Source: an uncultured Chloroflexia bacterium
GTDB taxonomy: Bacteria; Chloroflexota; UBA6077; JACCZL01
DNA length: 64,000 nt
NCBI GenBank assembly: GCA_963765765.1
Contig: CAVXYC010000020.1
Span: 608,001-672,000, forward strand
Reading direction: 5' to 3'
Shown: positions 8,959 through 20,683 of the stretch, in pieces
Position numbering within the stretch: the first letter of the stretch is position 1
How the letters are laid out: each line of letters opens with the position of its first letter
Position numbers and translations under genes: made by a program
Notes under the pieces: model-generated
Database searches by the model: none
Seen by the model: only the letters and a program-made list of their open reading frames with translations
Told to the model about the DNA's origin: nothing

Positions 8959-11052
8959 TTACCCGGCCCGCCCGGTGCCGCGATTCCTATTTCTTCGAAC
9001 CCCGCCGCGCGGTGCGCTCGGAACCGGTTCCGCTGCGGGAAAGACGAGCGCCAGGGAGAACTCCAGCAGCGTGCCGGAATCCCGGGCCTCCTTGTCCGCG
9101 ATCTGGAGGTCCATACTCCCTTGCAGTTCTTGCCCTTCACATTCTGGAGTGCCGGGGTAGTCATCGCGTCGTACAACTTTCTAAGGTCCTTGGCGGCCCC
9201 ACCGGCCCGATCGTGCAGCACCACTGGGCCGACACCGACGCTGTTCGGTGGCCGAAGCGTGATCAGCAGGTCGCCGATGTACGTGTGCTTGAGGTTTATG
9301 CCAACCGTCAGCGACTCGATCGGCGTCGCATCCGGGATACTGAGCGGAAAGGCGACGGTCTGCAAATCGGGGATGGGCGCGTTGAAGGTACGACTAATGG
9401 TTGTGCCACTTCGGGGCTGGGGCTGTGCGAGCTCAACTGCGGTCCTGGCATTGAGTCGCCCGTAGCCATACTTGGGGCTATGTCCTCCGGCGTCATACTC
9501 TCCACTCTGCGGGTCGATCCTGTCACAGGCACGCCTAAACAGATCCTTGACCTCAGCCCCTTTCAGGTTGGGATTGACCGAGAGCACGAGGGCCGCCACC
9601 GCCGCGGCCCCGGGACACGCACTGGACGTGCCGCCGAAGCTGTTGGTGAAATTCCCGACCGTGTCGCCATCTGCGGCTATGCCGGAGTTGTAGCCCTGCG
9701 CGCCCCGCCGGTCTGTGGTCCAGATACCCGGGGTGAGCGGCGCAAGGTGATTGAATGGGGCGTGCTCGAGATCGCTGCTGGGGAACGCGCACCAGACCGC
9801 CGCCCCAAAGTCGCTGTAGACGCTCTGGGTACCGCGATCGTTGCAGGCGGCAACCGCGATCACCTTCGAATAGCTCGCGTACCCGTCATTGTCCACCGAC
9901 TCGCGGCCGTTGCCCGCTGCGAACAGGACGACACATCCCTTGCCCCCTCGCCCCTGAGCAGTGACGAAATCGATGGCCAGCCGCGTGCTAGGGGGGAGGC
10001 GGAAATGCTTGGTTGTGCCTGGGATCGTTGGGGCTGAACCATCGGCCGTCCTCGGGTCCCCAACTGCACGAGATCACGTCGGCGCCGTTGTCGGCGGCCC
10101 ATTTGAACGCATCGGCCTCGCGCTGCGAGCCCAGCCCCGAGGCCAATCGGATCGGCATGAGTCGAGCCGCGGGCGCGACGCCGGATGCGCCAAGCGTGCC
10201 GTCGGCGCATGCCACGCCGGCGCATGCGGTGCCATGGTTCTCACCGCGATCGGGCCCGGTTCGAACGGATCCTTCGGACGCGGATCGGCCGTCCGCAGGG
10301 TAGCATCACGCGGGGCGAGAATTTTCCCGGCGCTGCCGAACTCCGGATGATCGATGTCGATGCCGTCATCGATGATGGCGATGGTGACGCCTTCGCCGCG
10401 CGTCAGCTCGTGCGCCGCGGCTACGCTCGCGTGGGCATCGACGCTGATCCCGTTGATCGCGGTTTTGCTCAGGTGCCACTGCTGGGGGAAAATGCCTTTC
10501 GGCGCGCGCCGTCGGATAAGCTCCGGGTGGCAGTATTCCACGTCGTCGCGCCGGAGGAGGTTCTCCGCGATCTCGAAGACCCGCTGGCCCGTCCCTTCCA
10601 CCGCTTGCACGAAGTAAGCGTTCGTCGCGTAGGTCACCGCTTCCTTGACGGTCAGACCGGCTTCGCGCAGCACTTCCAAACAGTCTTCCGGGTCGGTCGT
10701 ATCGGTGAACTTGATGAAGAGATTCTCGGTGTAGAGCACCGGCTCGCGCGGTCGTCGGCTCGACGAGGACTCCGCCGGCGAAGCGAACGTCGGGCACGGC
10801 TCGGAGCACCGCCTTCCGCTCGTCCACCGAGGGCCCCGCGTCGCCGGTGGGCACGCGATACACCTCCACCCCGGCTTCCGGGAACGCCGCCACGAGCGTG
10901 CTATCGTCCAGCGCGTCGGAAGCCGGGGTCGGTACCGGTCCCACTCCGCGCGTGATCGACCGGCCGCTCCGGGTGCGCACTGCGAGGAGATCGTCGCTTT
11001 CTTCGAGGTTGAATCCCGGCTCGTCTATCGTGCCGTAGTATACGGTGGGCAT
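8959..11052 (-). CDS. S8 subtilisin/kexin-like peptidase with C-terminal P-domain (several frameshifts)
   Basis: IIDDGID, ISCSWG, FGGTSSACP, LKHTYIGDL (P-domain), spread over ORFs 10366-11106, 10074-10739, 9988-10215 and 8844-9896. Confidence 0.88.
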
Positions 11053-11611
11053 TGGTCGGCCTCCTTTGGGCAAAGGGGGAAGGCGCGGCGCTCGTGGGTT
11101 AGCCATCCCCGGCTTGCTGTGTTCGGTAAATAGTTGTTGAGACGTTCCGTATCACGCAGTTCCGTTCAACGCGTCACTGCGGCTGCCGACCGTGCCTCCA
11201 TCTGGTGCTCGAACAGGTCCGGGTCCGATTCCTATTCGGCAGCGATCTGCCGAGTTAAGGCTCGAAAGTCGGTCGGACTCATGACTTTCAGCTCCAGCGC
11301 GGGATGAGATGACTCTGCGGAAGAAGGTCTTAGCGCGGCGCTCCCGTTACGTGCAACCGCCGAGAGTAAAGCCTCCCTGCAGGCGATCCCGCCCCGACGA
11401 TGCGATAGCCGTTATCAGGAGACCGTATGTCAGATGAAACCAGTTGATCCATGAGAGTGGATGAAAAACTCGCTTGGGAGATGAGTCCCAGCAGGCCCGT
11501 GACACCCAGCGCTCCAGTGAGCATGAGAGTAGTGCCACCAAGACGAAGAAAACGCTGTGGATTCATGGTTCGTCCATCGACACCCATTGTCAACATTCTA
11601 GGCCGCTTTTC

Positions 11612-11635
11612 GTTCCGATAATTCCCATTACCGAG
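11612..11635. other. lox/dif-like palindromic recombination site A (degenerate right arm)
   Basis: GTTCCGATAA-TTCCCA-TTACCGAG. Confidence 0.55.
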
Positions 11636-11690
11636 TCTTGAAGGTCTAATGAAGGCTGCTTGCTGCTAGTTGAACGGCCTCGCCCGCGGC

Positions 11691-12230
11691 TTAAAATAGG
11701 CTCCGATACTCGGACGGACGAAGGATCCTGAGCTGGACCTGCCGCCACAGGTGTTCAGCGTTCTTAGGGAGCCGACTCTCCATGGTCAGGAAGGCATCGC
11801 ACTCCAGTTCAAGAGCATCTCGGATTAGCAAGCGATCCTCGGCGCTGAGGTAACCAAAAGAGGGGCCATCGAGCCGTGCCGCTCGCACGCTGCCTATTCC
11901 ACTGTAGGGAGAATGGTGGCCGTAGGCGGCCAAGCAGCCTTGCCAGTAGCCGAGAATGTCATAGGCCCATTGGACGTAGCTGGAATCGCCTTTTGCTGCA
12001 ACTTCATCGAAGCTGTGACCAGAGATGGCCAACTCGATGGCGCCACGCTTATTGACGAAACAGATTGCTCGAAGCGAATCGAGATCTTCTATCCCCGCAG
12101 GAACCTGGTAGATACGATCAGTCGATGGTGGCTCGATGTTCTCGAAGATAAATTCGCCGTACCGATGCATAGTCTGGAGCGTCGAAGAGTCCAGGAAGAC
12201 TCGTCGCGGTAGCCCTTCAAAGTCCGTCAT
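11691..12230 (-). CDS. PIN-domain-like protein
   Basis: N-terminal VFLDSS and C-terminal EDRLLIRDALELECDAFLTME, a PIN-type acidic pattern. Confidence 0.65.
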   Translation of the reverse strand: MTDFEGLPRRVFLDSSTLQTMHRYGEFIFENIEPPSTDRIYQVPAGIEDLDSLRAICFVNKRGAIELAISGHSFDEVAAKGDSSYVQWAYDILGYWQGCLAAYGHHSPYSGIGSVRAARLDGPSFGYLSAEDRLLIRDALELECDAFLTMESRLPKNAEHLWRQVQLRILRPSEYRSLF

Positions 12231-12314
12231 ACATACCAGCTCTCTATCCTCGTTCGCCTATCCGCAACGCTTTACTGAATAGCCTGATGATAGAGCCATG
12301 CGCCCCGTATTCGA

Positions 12315-12338
12315 GTTCCGATAACCCCATTATCGGAA
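12315..12338. other. lox/dif-like palindromic recombination site B
   Basis: GTTCCGATAA-CCCCA-TTATCGGAA with perfect 9-bp inverted arms. Confidence 0.65.
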
Positions 12339-12359
12339 TGTCAGGATCTTGGGAATTGC

Positions 12360-14093
12360 TTAGCTCCTGTTTCCGCACTCAGCTGGCACGGCATCGCTGA
12401 TTCGGTAGATGTCTATGATTGGCCCCGGCCGCTCATAGAAGTGCATGTACCAGAACGGGATAGCCTTATCGTCGGGATGGACCGGCGCGGACACACCCTC
12501 CGGAAAGGGCGAAAACCGCTGCACGTGCTCTGCGCGGCTGATGAGTCGGCTGTAGCCAGTCTCGGCGGAAGGATCACGAGCGTTGCGCAACTGGGGCTCG
12601 TAATTGAAGCTTGCAAGCAGCACGAACCGGGTATCATCGCACTCCAGCCGGCGCGCGGCGTCCACGCTCACGAGTGACTGAAAACGCGCGATGCGTACGT
12701 TTTGAATCGCTGGTCGTCCATTCCACTCGGGCGGCAGGCTGTAGGCCTGCGCGGCCACGCGGCTGCCACGCGCGCCCTGGCGGATCCATTGCTCAGCCAG
12801 CACTCGAGTATCCGTGGTGAGCGCCAGGCGATTGTGCTGGATGACGTCGCGAACGAGCGGCGCCAGCAGTAGCAGCGCTCCGAGCGCCACCGTGACATAC
12901 CCGACACGCGAAAGATAGCGCGCGATTCCGCCGGCGAGTACCGCGGCGAAGATGACCAGCGGAAGGGCATAGCGGGCCGCGAAGAGCTCATTGCGCACCA
13001 TGATGACCAGGTACGCCGCCAGGCAGCCGAGCAGGGCGAACGCCGCCCCCGGCCGCGAGCGCGCCAGCGCCACGGCTCCAGCAATGCCAGCCAGGAGCCC
13101 GAGCGGACCCACCCCCCGCAAGGTCGACTCGGCGTACAGCAGCGGCACCGGCGTCGGCTCCTGATCCTCCGAAGCGATTCGTCCTGTCCGCAACTGCTCG
13201 GCGAAGCCATCGCTGACACCCCAGAAATCGGTGATGATCTCCGGCATACCGAGACAGCAACCGATGACAAATGCCAGCACCGTTGCTCCGAAGGTATCGA
13301 TGAATACACGGGGCACGCGGTAGCGGCCGCTCCCCGCGTGCACGATCAGCCCGAGGAGGGGCAGCACCACAACAACGCCAAAATTGAACTTCGCTGAGAA
13401 CGCCAGTCCCGCCAGCAGTCCGGCAAGGAGCGGCAGAAGAACGGTCGGCTTCTTGAAGCTCAACACGGCGACGAACATGCTCGCCGTCATGAACAAGGTC
13501 GCGGGGACATCGTTGCGAGCAATGTGCGCCAGATGAACCTGCAGCGGGCTCAGCGCCATGATTAAGCCGGTCACGAGGCCGGCCTTTCCACTGAACAAGG
13601 CGTGTGCCGTCAACGCCGCGAATACCGCGGCACCCGAGCCGAGTATGGCGGTGCTCACCCGGGCAAGCAGCATCTGAAACTCTGCGCGCTCACGTACGTC
13701 CGAAATCGGACGAATGCGCTGCGCCAAACGGAACTCCCAAACGTGGAGGTGCCGCGCCAGGAGTGGGTTGCGATAGTCTGGTCCGTCGGTGCGTCTACCG
13801 TCCGCCACGGCTGAGGACCAACGCACGTGGTTTACTTCGTCGTAGTAGAGGGCCGCCGGAAGCTGCCAGTTAATGCCCCAGAGACGCGCGCAGAGTGCCA
13901 ACGCGAACACGAGCCCGGCCCAGGCCGCCGTTGGCACCCTGCCGACGCGTCCAGCATTGTGGTCGTTCCACCGCTCGCTCAATCGCGCGTGGGGGCTATG
14001 TTGTGGGCCGCCGCCATCCGAAGTCGAAGGCATCCGCTTCCTGCTCTCGATAGCCGGCGTTTTTCGCGTTAGTCCGAAACCCAGGCCAGGCAT
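12360..14093 (-). CDS. GT-C fold glycosyltransferase (ArnT/PMT, family 39-like)
   Basis: LYYDE motif after the first TM, ARND, SAKFN; multi-TM N-terminal region with soluble C-terminal domain. Confidence 0.85.
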   Translation of the reverse strand: MPGLGFGLTRKTPAIESRKRMPSTSDGGGPQHSPHARLSERWNDHNAGRVGRVPTAAWAGLVFALALCARLWGINWQLPAALYYDEVNHVRWSSAVADGRRTDGPDYRNPLLARHLHVWEFRLAQRIRPISDVRERAEFQMLLARVSTAILGSGAAVFAALTAHALFSGKAGLVTGLIMALSPLQVHLAHIARNDVPATLFMTASMFVAVLSFKKPTVLLPLLAGLLAGLAFSAKFNFGVVVVLPLLGLIVHAGSGRYRVPRVFIDTFGATVLAFVIGCCLGMPEIITDFWGVSDGFAEQLRTGRIASEDQEPTPVPLLYAESTLRGVGPLGLLAGIAGAVALARSRPGAAFALLGCLAAYLVIMVRNELFAARYALPLVIFAAVLAGGIARYLSRVGYVTVALGALLLLAPLVRDVIQHNRLALTTDTRVLAEQWIRQGARGSRVAAQAYSLPPEWNGRPAIQNVRIARFQSLVSVDAARRLECDDTRFVLLASFNYEPQLRNARDPSAETGYSRLISRAEHVQRFSPFPEGVSAPVHPDDKAIPFWYMHFYERPGPIIDIYRISDAVPAECGNRS

Positions 14094-14379
14094 GGATGCG
14101 CCTTTGTAGAGGGTCCGCTAGGTGTACCGTACGATGGGCCGAATGTCGAGTCTAGGAATGTCCTTGTACATTGCCCAGTACAGACGATCAACGCCGGAAT
14201 TCCCCGGTTGGGGCACCATCGAGGGAATACTCTTCCTTCTTAACGAGCCCGGGCATACCATCTGGGTCATGCTGACGAATGTTGCCGCGCGAGGAGGGGT
14301 CAGTGGCTTTGCTCGATCAGCCGGGAGCGGCACGAGGATATCGGCGGTACGCACTGCTGCCCTCGCCGGGGTCCTCACG

Positions 14380-14859
14380 CTAACGCGGTATCAGCACAGG
14401 AGGCGAGCGCCGCCGCGACCTCGCGGGGCGCGGTGACCATCCCGTTGTGCCCCGTCGCCACATCGTGATAGTCCCATCCGGCCGGTCGGGCCTGCTGGGC
14501 TGAGCCCCCGAAGCCGCTGCCCGTGAAGTGCGCGTAGCTCCTTGGCAGGTGCTCGGCCCGCCCCGCGGCCAGTCTATGCCGCCTACCCCCAACTCGTAGA
14601 CACGCCCGAAGAGATCGATAATCTCGCATTTCAAGGTGTCGTGATCGGGATCGTCCGGAATGATCGGCGGTCTTCCCGCCCCACGATCCGCCAGAGAATC
14701 CTGCCAATCGGAAAGCGCGCTCCGGACGACAGCCGCAAACCGGAGCGGCGCATAGCGGCGTCCGAAAGCCGTTGGCGGCATGTGGTCCAACTCGCCCTGA
14801 TCAAGCCGTGCTCGCAGGTACGCGGCAGCATCACGAACCTCATCGCCCTCGGCACCCAT
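14380..14859 (-). CDS. Hypothetical protein; 3' part overlaps an alpha/beta-hydrolase C-terminal remnant
   Basis: ORF with ATG start; alternate frame GWDYHDVATGHNGMVTAPREVAAAL resembles an esterase tail. Confidence 0.4.
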   Translation of the reverse strand: MGAEGDEVRDAAAYLRARLDQGELDHMPPTAFGRRYAPLRFAAVVRSALSDWQDSLADRGAGRPPIIPDDPDHDTLKCEIIDLFGRVYELGVGGIDWPRGGPSTCQGATRTSRAAASGAQPSRPDRPDGTITMWRRGTTGWSPRPARSRRRSPPVLIPR

Positions 14860-14943
14860 GGCGGAAGCCTATGCTCGCCCTATTGTTGCTTCCGTCGCCG
14901 ACAGGTTGACAACAGCGGGTGAAACATTGCTTCGCCGACGTCC

Positions 14944-15188
14944 CTACGTGATCGAGTATTCGGGTGCGTTGATCCACTCGCGTCTCAGCCAGAGCGCGAC
15001 CGCCTGCAGGCGCGAGCGGACGCCAAGCGCCGTGACGGCGGTCCCGACGTCTCGCACAACGATGTCTCGTGGGAGCGAGAGCCTGATCGCAGTCTCGCCG
15101 ATTGAGAGACCTTCGGCCAGCAACGACAGAGTGCGGCGCTGACTCGGCTCAGCGGGCTGTTGGATCGATCTTTGAGAGGCTCGTACAT
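14944..15188 (-). CDS. Small LuxR-type HTH protein (degenerate)
   Basis: LSLLAEGLSIGETAIRLSL...ALGVRSRLQAVALWLRREWI. Confidence 0.65.
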
Positions 15189-15649
15189 CGAATTGATACC
15201 CTACTCCTACGCGCATAGTGCGATGTGCGCATCGGAGTCCGATCAAGGAAACCTTGAGACTCGGTCGAGACTTCGCGCACAGAACGGTCCGTCCGCACCA
15301 TCAACCGGTGATGTGATGCGGTTCGGGCTCTCGACCCACCCGAGTGTAGTGGCTATGGCGGGAGACGTCTGGCAAATTGTTGACAGTTATGAGCCTCAGC
15401 GAGACCTGGGCGTATGAGAGTCCATCGGGCACTGATTCAACCGGAGACGTCTGACTCGCCTTCTGCAATTTGGATCCCGAACACACGCGGGCTCCCGTAT
15501 CAGAGTTAGAGAACAATAGCTCCTCTGCATGCCGTGCGCGAGGATGCTATACACGTTGAGTCAGAAAGGCTAGTTGACTGCTTCGGCAACTCCCAGACGG
15601 ACGCTCGTCCGTGTCCCGGACCGGTACCACCATGGCATTCGGAAGTCCG

Positions 15650-17315
15650 CTACCGCGTCGCTTTGAGATTCTCCACATGAGTCCACGTGCCGGAGATCGA
15701 TGCCGGCCAGGGGTAGTCCGCGACAACGCTCGGTGCCAGCACCGCTTCCGCGGGCAGCCAGAATAGCGGGATATTCGAGTGGAGCTCGAACGACCGATCG
15801 CCCAGCTCCTGCCAATAGGGAGCGTGCTTCTCGGTATCAAGCTCTTGCTGAATCTTGCGAAAGCTCGCGTCGGTGTCCGCGTGCTGGTAGCCGCCACAGT
15901 TGCCGATGAATGAGCTGTTGTAGAAGCCGTAGGCCACGATAGGCGCTCCGCTGGTGGTGGTGAGATCAATGGCATTCTCGTGAGCGCACGTGGTACTGAG
16001 CTGCTGCCATCGCGTCGAGTCCGTCTGGACAAAATCCACGTCGACCCCTATAGCGCGCCAGTACGCGCCAATGGCCTCCAGCATGTCCTGAGCGCTAGAA
16101 ACAGAAGAGGGAGGATTGACGTACAGGCTTGTCTTCAAGGGATTCGACGGGCCGTATCCGGCATCGGCCAGTAGCTGCCTCGCGGCGTTCACGTCGTACC
16201 CGTACTCGCTTGGAAATCGCTCCTTCCAGGCGGGGTTGAATCCCGGGAAGACCTCAGAAACATGATTGAACCCGTAAATCAGCTCGCCCTTGGCACCGAA
16301 GAACGCCTTGTTTACCGCGTCCCTATCGATGGCCCTGTTCAATGCTTTACGGACTCGCAAGTCCATTAGCGGGCTATTCGGGTACTTGTACGTGCCATCG
16401 GAGACGCGGTGGTCCGGCCAGGTGAGAAAGCAGCACTTGAAGTTCAGGAACGTCCGTAGGGCCGGTACCTTCCCCCGCACGATCTTGAACCCCCGCTGCT
16501 CCGCCTGAGGCAGCAGATCCTCAGGGAGAGTGGTCACGTGGACCTCGCCGGGCATAGAGTCCCGCGAGCCTGGTGGACGCTTCAGACATCCAGCGGAACT
16601 CGAATTCCTGGAAGTCGGGATTGGCGCGCCAGTGCGTATAGGGGACTCGCTGGTACACGATATTCGCCCCTTGCGCCCGGGAGACATATTGATACGGTCC
16701 AGTGCCGGCAATGGGCGGATCGGTGAGCGAGGGGTCACCGCGCTTGTCCCAATCGGCCTTGCTCATGATCTCAAACCCTCCCTGGGCCTGGGAGATCATG
16801 TTGATCAGGTCGGCATCCTTCTGCTTGATCTTGACCAGCACTTCGTAGTCGTTGACGACCTCAACGTCCTCGATCGCTTTTTTTGCAAGCACAACCTGAT
16901 ACCCAGCTTGCGCGTCCTCGCGCACCAGGTCCTTCCATGAATGGACGACATCCTTGGCCGTGAACTCGCCATTACCGTTGTGAAACTGGACGCCCTGCCG
17001 CAGCTTGAACCGAATTGCCTGGTCGCCCTCGACCTTCCACTCCGTGGCAAGCTGCGGGACGAGTTTGCCGGTCTCGGCGTCCAGCCCAATCAGGTACTCG
17101 TACATCGGCGCCAGTTGCCACATGATCGTTTGTGCGATGTTCCGAGGCTCGTTGCTTTCCGAGGTCGGCGGCGGGACGGCGAACACCACGCGGCGAGTGG
17201 TGGACTCCGTTGACTTGGCCGCGGGGTTGCTCGCTGGCTGCGCGGGGGCGCACGCCGGAGCCACCAGCATCAGCGCCATCGCCACCATCCAGATGTGATT
17301 ACGTAAAGCCAGCAT
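15650..17315 (-). CDS. ABC transporter substrate-binding lipoprotein, family 5 (frameshift ~16550)
   Basis: Lipobox APAC, PQLATEW, FKLRQGVQFHNG, GTGPY, DLRVRKALNRAIDR. Confidence 0.9.
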
Positions 17316-18358
17316 ACCTTCCACCTTTCTGATCAAGCACACGGCATTTCGCCCGCCTCATGAACGCGATCGTACTGCCGCGCGGAGCAGCGAGCCATAG
17401 TGTCAACGAGGTACTTTCGGCGCATTTCTCGAACTAGAGCGCCAGTCGAGGCGTGGGCATCGCGTCATGAATCAGGCCCGCACGGAAAACAGTTTCAGCA
17501 ACGCTTGACTATAGCGTGGGCGCCAGCTTCGGCGAATATCCGCGCTGCTGATGCCTCGCGTGCGAGTTCGTCCGGATCCCGCCGGAGGCCGAGGCAGCGG
17601 CGCGCGCTGTGGTGGAGCATCGGCGGGCCGAGATCGCTGCCATGGCCGTACCGCGCTCGTGGCCCGAGCTGCTGGGCGACCGCGGCGAGGGCGAATGCAC
17701 ATTGACTGTCGACGGGCCGTGGCTCGTGGCGATTCTAGAAGAGGGCATGACATACGGACATACGCGATCATGGCGATGGCAGTCGGGCCGCTGAGCTACG
17801 AGCGGCGGCGCCGGAACGACGAGGCTTACCCAGGCAGTATCAGAGGCGGGAGGCGGGACGGGGTGGCAGGTACTCTCTTCTGGCCAGAAGAGATCCTGCC
17901 AGGTGAGTCTGCACTGAGCTGCAACCGTCGCTACCTCAAAGGCGTTTGCCAGGAGCAGCATTGGGAGCGCCAAGACGACAGATAATCAGCGGTTGTCGAG
18001 AGGCCATGCTTTGGTTCCTCCACAAGAGGGAACGCTCGCCTCGCTAATGGCGGGTACCCCACGGTCGGGTGATGCGCTAAACCAGCCGGTGTGGCTGAGG
18101 GCGACGACCACTCGATTCGAATTAGTGCCTATTACCGCGGGCTCGGTCGGGCTTCTCATACACAAGCCGGGTTCAGTTGCCTCATGCATCGATCATGGTA
18201 TCATCGCCGACCGTTGTCATGTTACTTATCTTACCCAGTTCTAGTCAATCTCAATTCTGGTACATCGCTATCGCTTCTTCTGCACTTCCTCCGATAGCGC
18301 TGCATCCCCAGGCCGTTGGTAGGCGCCGCACCTGGGTTGAATCAGCGACATTTCCAGC

Positions 18359-20029
18359 TTGCTAGGCCTGGCGATTCCGCTCGGGATCGTCGGGCTTGCC
18401 ATTGGCATTCGACTCTTCAATATTCTCGCCCTTGATCCGTTTGGCGATGAGGTGACGTGGCTCCGCTGGGCCATCGATCATTTCGATCCGGGGCAGGCGG
18501 CGACATACTGGACGACTCTAGACGATGAGGGACGCCCGCCCCTCTTCTTCTGGCTAATCCTTATCACGCTGCCAATCGATCCGAACGCATTCGTCGGCGG
18601 CCGTGTAGCGGCGGCTCTGGCGAGCGGCGCAACGGCCGGAATGCTCTATGCCGTCGGCGCGCAGCTCGCGCCGCGGTCCGTTGGCGTGGTTGCGGCGCTG
18701 CTGTGGGCCGTCCTGCCCTTCGGTGTGATCTTTGGTCGACTGGCGTCGTCGGACGACGCCTTGCTCGCTCTCTGTCTGGCGCTCGTCATGTGGGCTGCCA
18801 TTCGCGCGGTGCGAGAGCCGTCGTATCGTTCGGGCGCGGTCTGTGGGGCTGCCATCGCGTTGGCCATCCTGGCGAAGACGTTGGGCCTTCTCGCGCTCGC
18901 AATACCGGTGTGCGCGGCGGTCGCGCTAGCTCGCGGGGTCAATCTCCGGCGACTCCTGAGGGCGATCGCCGGCATGGTCATCGTCCTGGTAATCGGCGTG
19001 AGCCCACTCCTCCCGTGGGCACCCGGAATGCTTGAAAAGGCTGATGATCACGCGGAGCTCGATGTAGAACAACAGGCCGGAGCGGGTCCGAAACACGATG
19101 CCGGCTACCGTCTCTCACTGAACATGGGCGATGCTGGAGAGTACTTGGTCGCATATCTGGGTGCGCCAATTCTCATTTTCGCGACCGGCGGCCTGGCTAG
19201 CGGCGTGCTTCAGCGAAATCGGAATGTGCTATTTCTCGGGCTCGCCTTCGCCGCCGGCGTCGTACCCGTATTGCTGTTCACAACGGTGCTCTACAGCCGC
19301 TACTTGCTCGGATTCAGCTTGCCGATTTACCTCCTTGCGGCCATGGCGATGTGTCAGCTCTGGCGGGGGCTAGCACCGCTATGCTCGGCCATCGTTTCAA
19401 GGAATCGGATGAGTATCGCCAGTGCCGGGATCGTTGGGGGAGTAACGATAGCAGCGCTCTTCCCGCAGCTCACTCTCACGCGGGCAATGCTCTTCGAACC
19501 ATCCCTCGCGGTGCTTCCAGGGGCGGATCACTGGCGATACTTCCAGCATCACTGGAGCCTCTTTGGACTCAGCCAACACGTCGAGTTCCTCAAACAGGAA
19601 GCGCGACGCGGTCAGATCAAGGTCGTGATGCCGCGCGAATCGGCAGAGTATCGCTTCGAGCTCCCGTACGATGCTTTGCGTTTTTACTTCCGCGCGACTC
19701 CCACCATCACATTCGATGACATTCCCCCAATGCGCGGCGAGAGATCGGATAGGGAGCACCGAGAAATCACTGAGGCCCATCGACCGACCTACATAGTGAT
19801 CAACGAGGAGGATCCCAACGCGCCAGAATCAGGTGACGCACCGCCTCGGGTTCCAGAGAATGTGCGCCGTAGCTTTCCTGCAGCCAGCGTCGCTCACAAG
19901 ACCGTACGGCCAGAGGGTGGATACGCCATTACACTGTACCGAGCAGACGCCGGAGCGCAGCTCGATGCATCGATATCGGGTGAAACCGAGGCGCTTCAAC
20001 CGGCCAGAGATCGCAAGCCAGGCTCATAG
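18359..20029 (+). CDS. GT-C fold glycosyltransferase (ArnT/PMT, family 39-like)
   Basis: FGDE motif, GRPPLFFW, multi-TM. Confidence 0.85.
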   Translation: MLGLAIPLGIVGLAIGIRLFNILALDPFGDEVTWLRWAIDHFDPGQAATYWTTLDDEGRPPLFFWLILITLPIDPNAFVGGRVAAALASGATAGMLYAVGAQLAPRSVGVVAALLWAVLPFGVIFGRLASSDDALLALCLALVMWAAIRAVREPSYRSGAVCGAAIALAILAKTLGLLALAIPVCAAVALARGVNLRRLLRAIAGMVIVLVIGVSPLLPWAPGMLEKADDHAELDVEQQAGAGPKHDAGYRLSLNMGDAGEYLVAYLGAPILIFATGGLASGVLQRNRNVLFLGLAFAAGVVPVLLFTTVLYSRYLLGFSLPIYLLAAMAMCQLWRGLAPLCSAIVSRNRMSIASAGIVGGVTIAALFPQLTLTRAMLFEPSLAVLPGADHWRYFQHHWSLFGLSQHVEFLKQEARRGQIKVVMPRESAEYRFELPYDALRFYFRATPTITFDDIPPMRGERSDREHREITEAHRPTYIVINEEDPNAPESGDAPPRVPENVRRSFPAASVAHKTVRPEGGYAITLYRADAGAQLDASISGETEALQPARDRKPGS

Positions 20030-20251
20030 CCCTGGCTCCTCGGCGGGTGGTTCACCCGGGGTGTTGGTAAGCGACTCTCAACTCGCCCACTTCGCAGTCA
20101 TGCTCACGTGGGCGGCGCGGCTTCCGTGAACTAGCGGCGCACGAGCACTCAAGCGCCGCCATCGATCTACGGCTGATGGTCCGTACCGCCGGCGCTCCGT
20201 CATCCTGGAACGCAGCGCCGGCGATAGGTCAGACCACCGGGTTGGAACAGC

Positions 20252-20683
20252 TTACGCCCGGCCGAACGCGTCCTTGGTACCAGGCAACATCGCCAGCCCC
20301 AACGCAGCGGCGCAGAGCAACACGGCCGGTGCTATGGCCTGGAATGACGTGCCGCCGAAGAGCGACAGGAATAGGAAGACCAGGTCAAAGGCGGCGATGA
20401 GAACGACGAACATCCACCCCTGCTGATCAAGTCGCCAGAGCTGCCCGGCGACCGCGAACCAGATAACCGCAACAAGGCCCGATAGCATGGCCCCGAGCCA
20501 GTTGACGTTGAACAACTTAAGACCGTAACCATAGATATCGGCAACGGGTATCAGACCGAGATACCGCGCCGTGTCGAGCAGGTTCCAAAGCCCGGCCGTG
20601 ACGGCGATCGCGGCGAGGATCATCACCGGCAGAGTCCGGTGATGCCCACCACTCAATCCAGATGGTTGCGACTGCGATTCCAT
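20252..20683 (-). CDS. 4-TM membrane protein of unknown function
   Basis: Strong RBS (GGAGGGAG); four hydrophobic segments. Confidence 0.8.
   Translation of the reverse strand: MESQSQPSGLSGGHHRTLPVMILAAIAVTAGLWNLLDTARYLGLIPVADIYGYGLKLFNVNWLGAMLSGLVAVIWFAVAGQLWRLDQQGWMFVVLIAAFDLVFLFLSLFGGTSFQAIAPAVLLCAAALGLAMLPGTKDAFGRA

Noticed and set aside
17400-18350. Possible gene or ncRNA between the substrate-binding protein and the second glycosyltransferase
   Set aside because: Only fragmentary ORFs with no recognisable family or clear structure.
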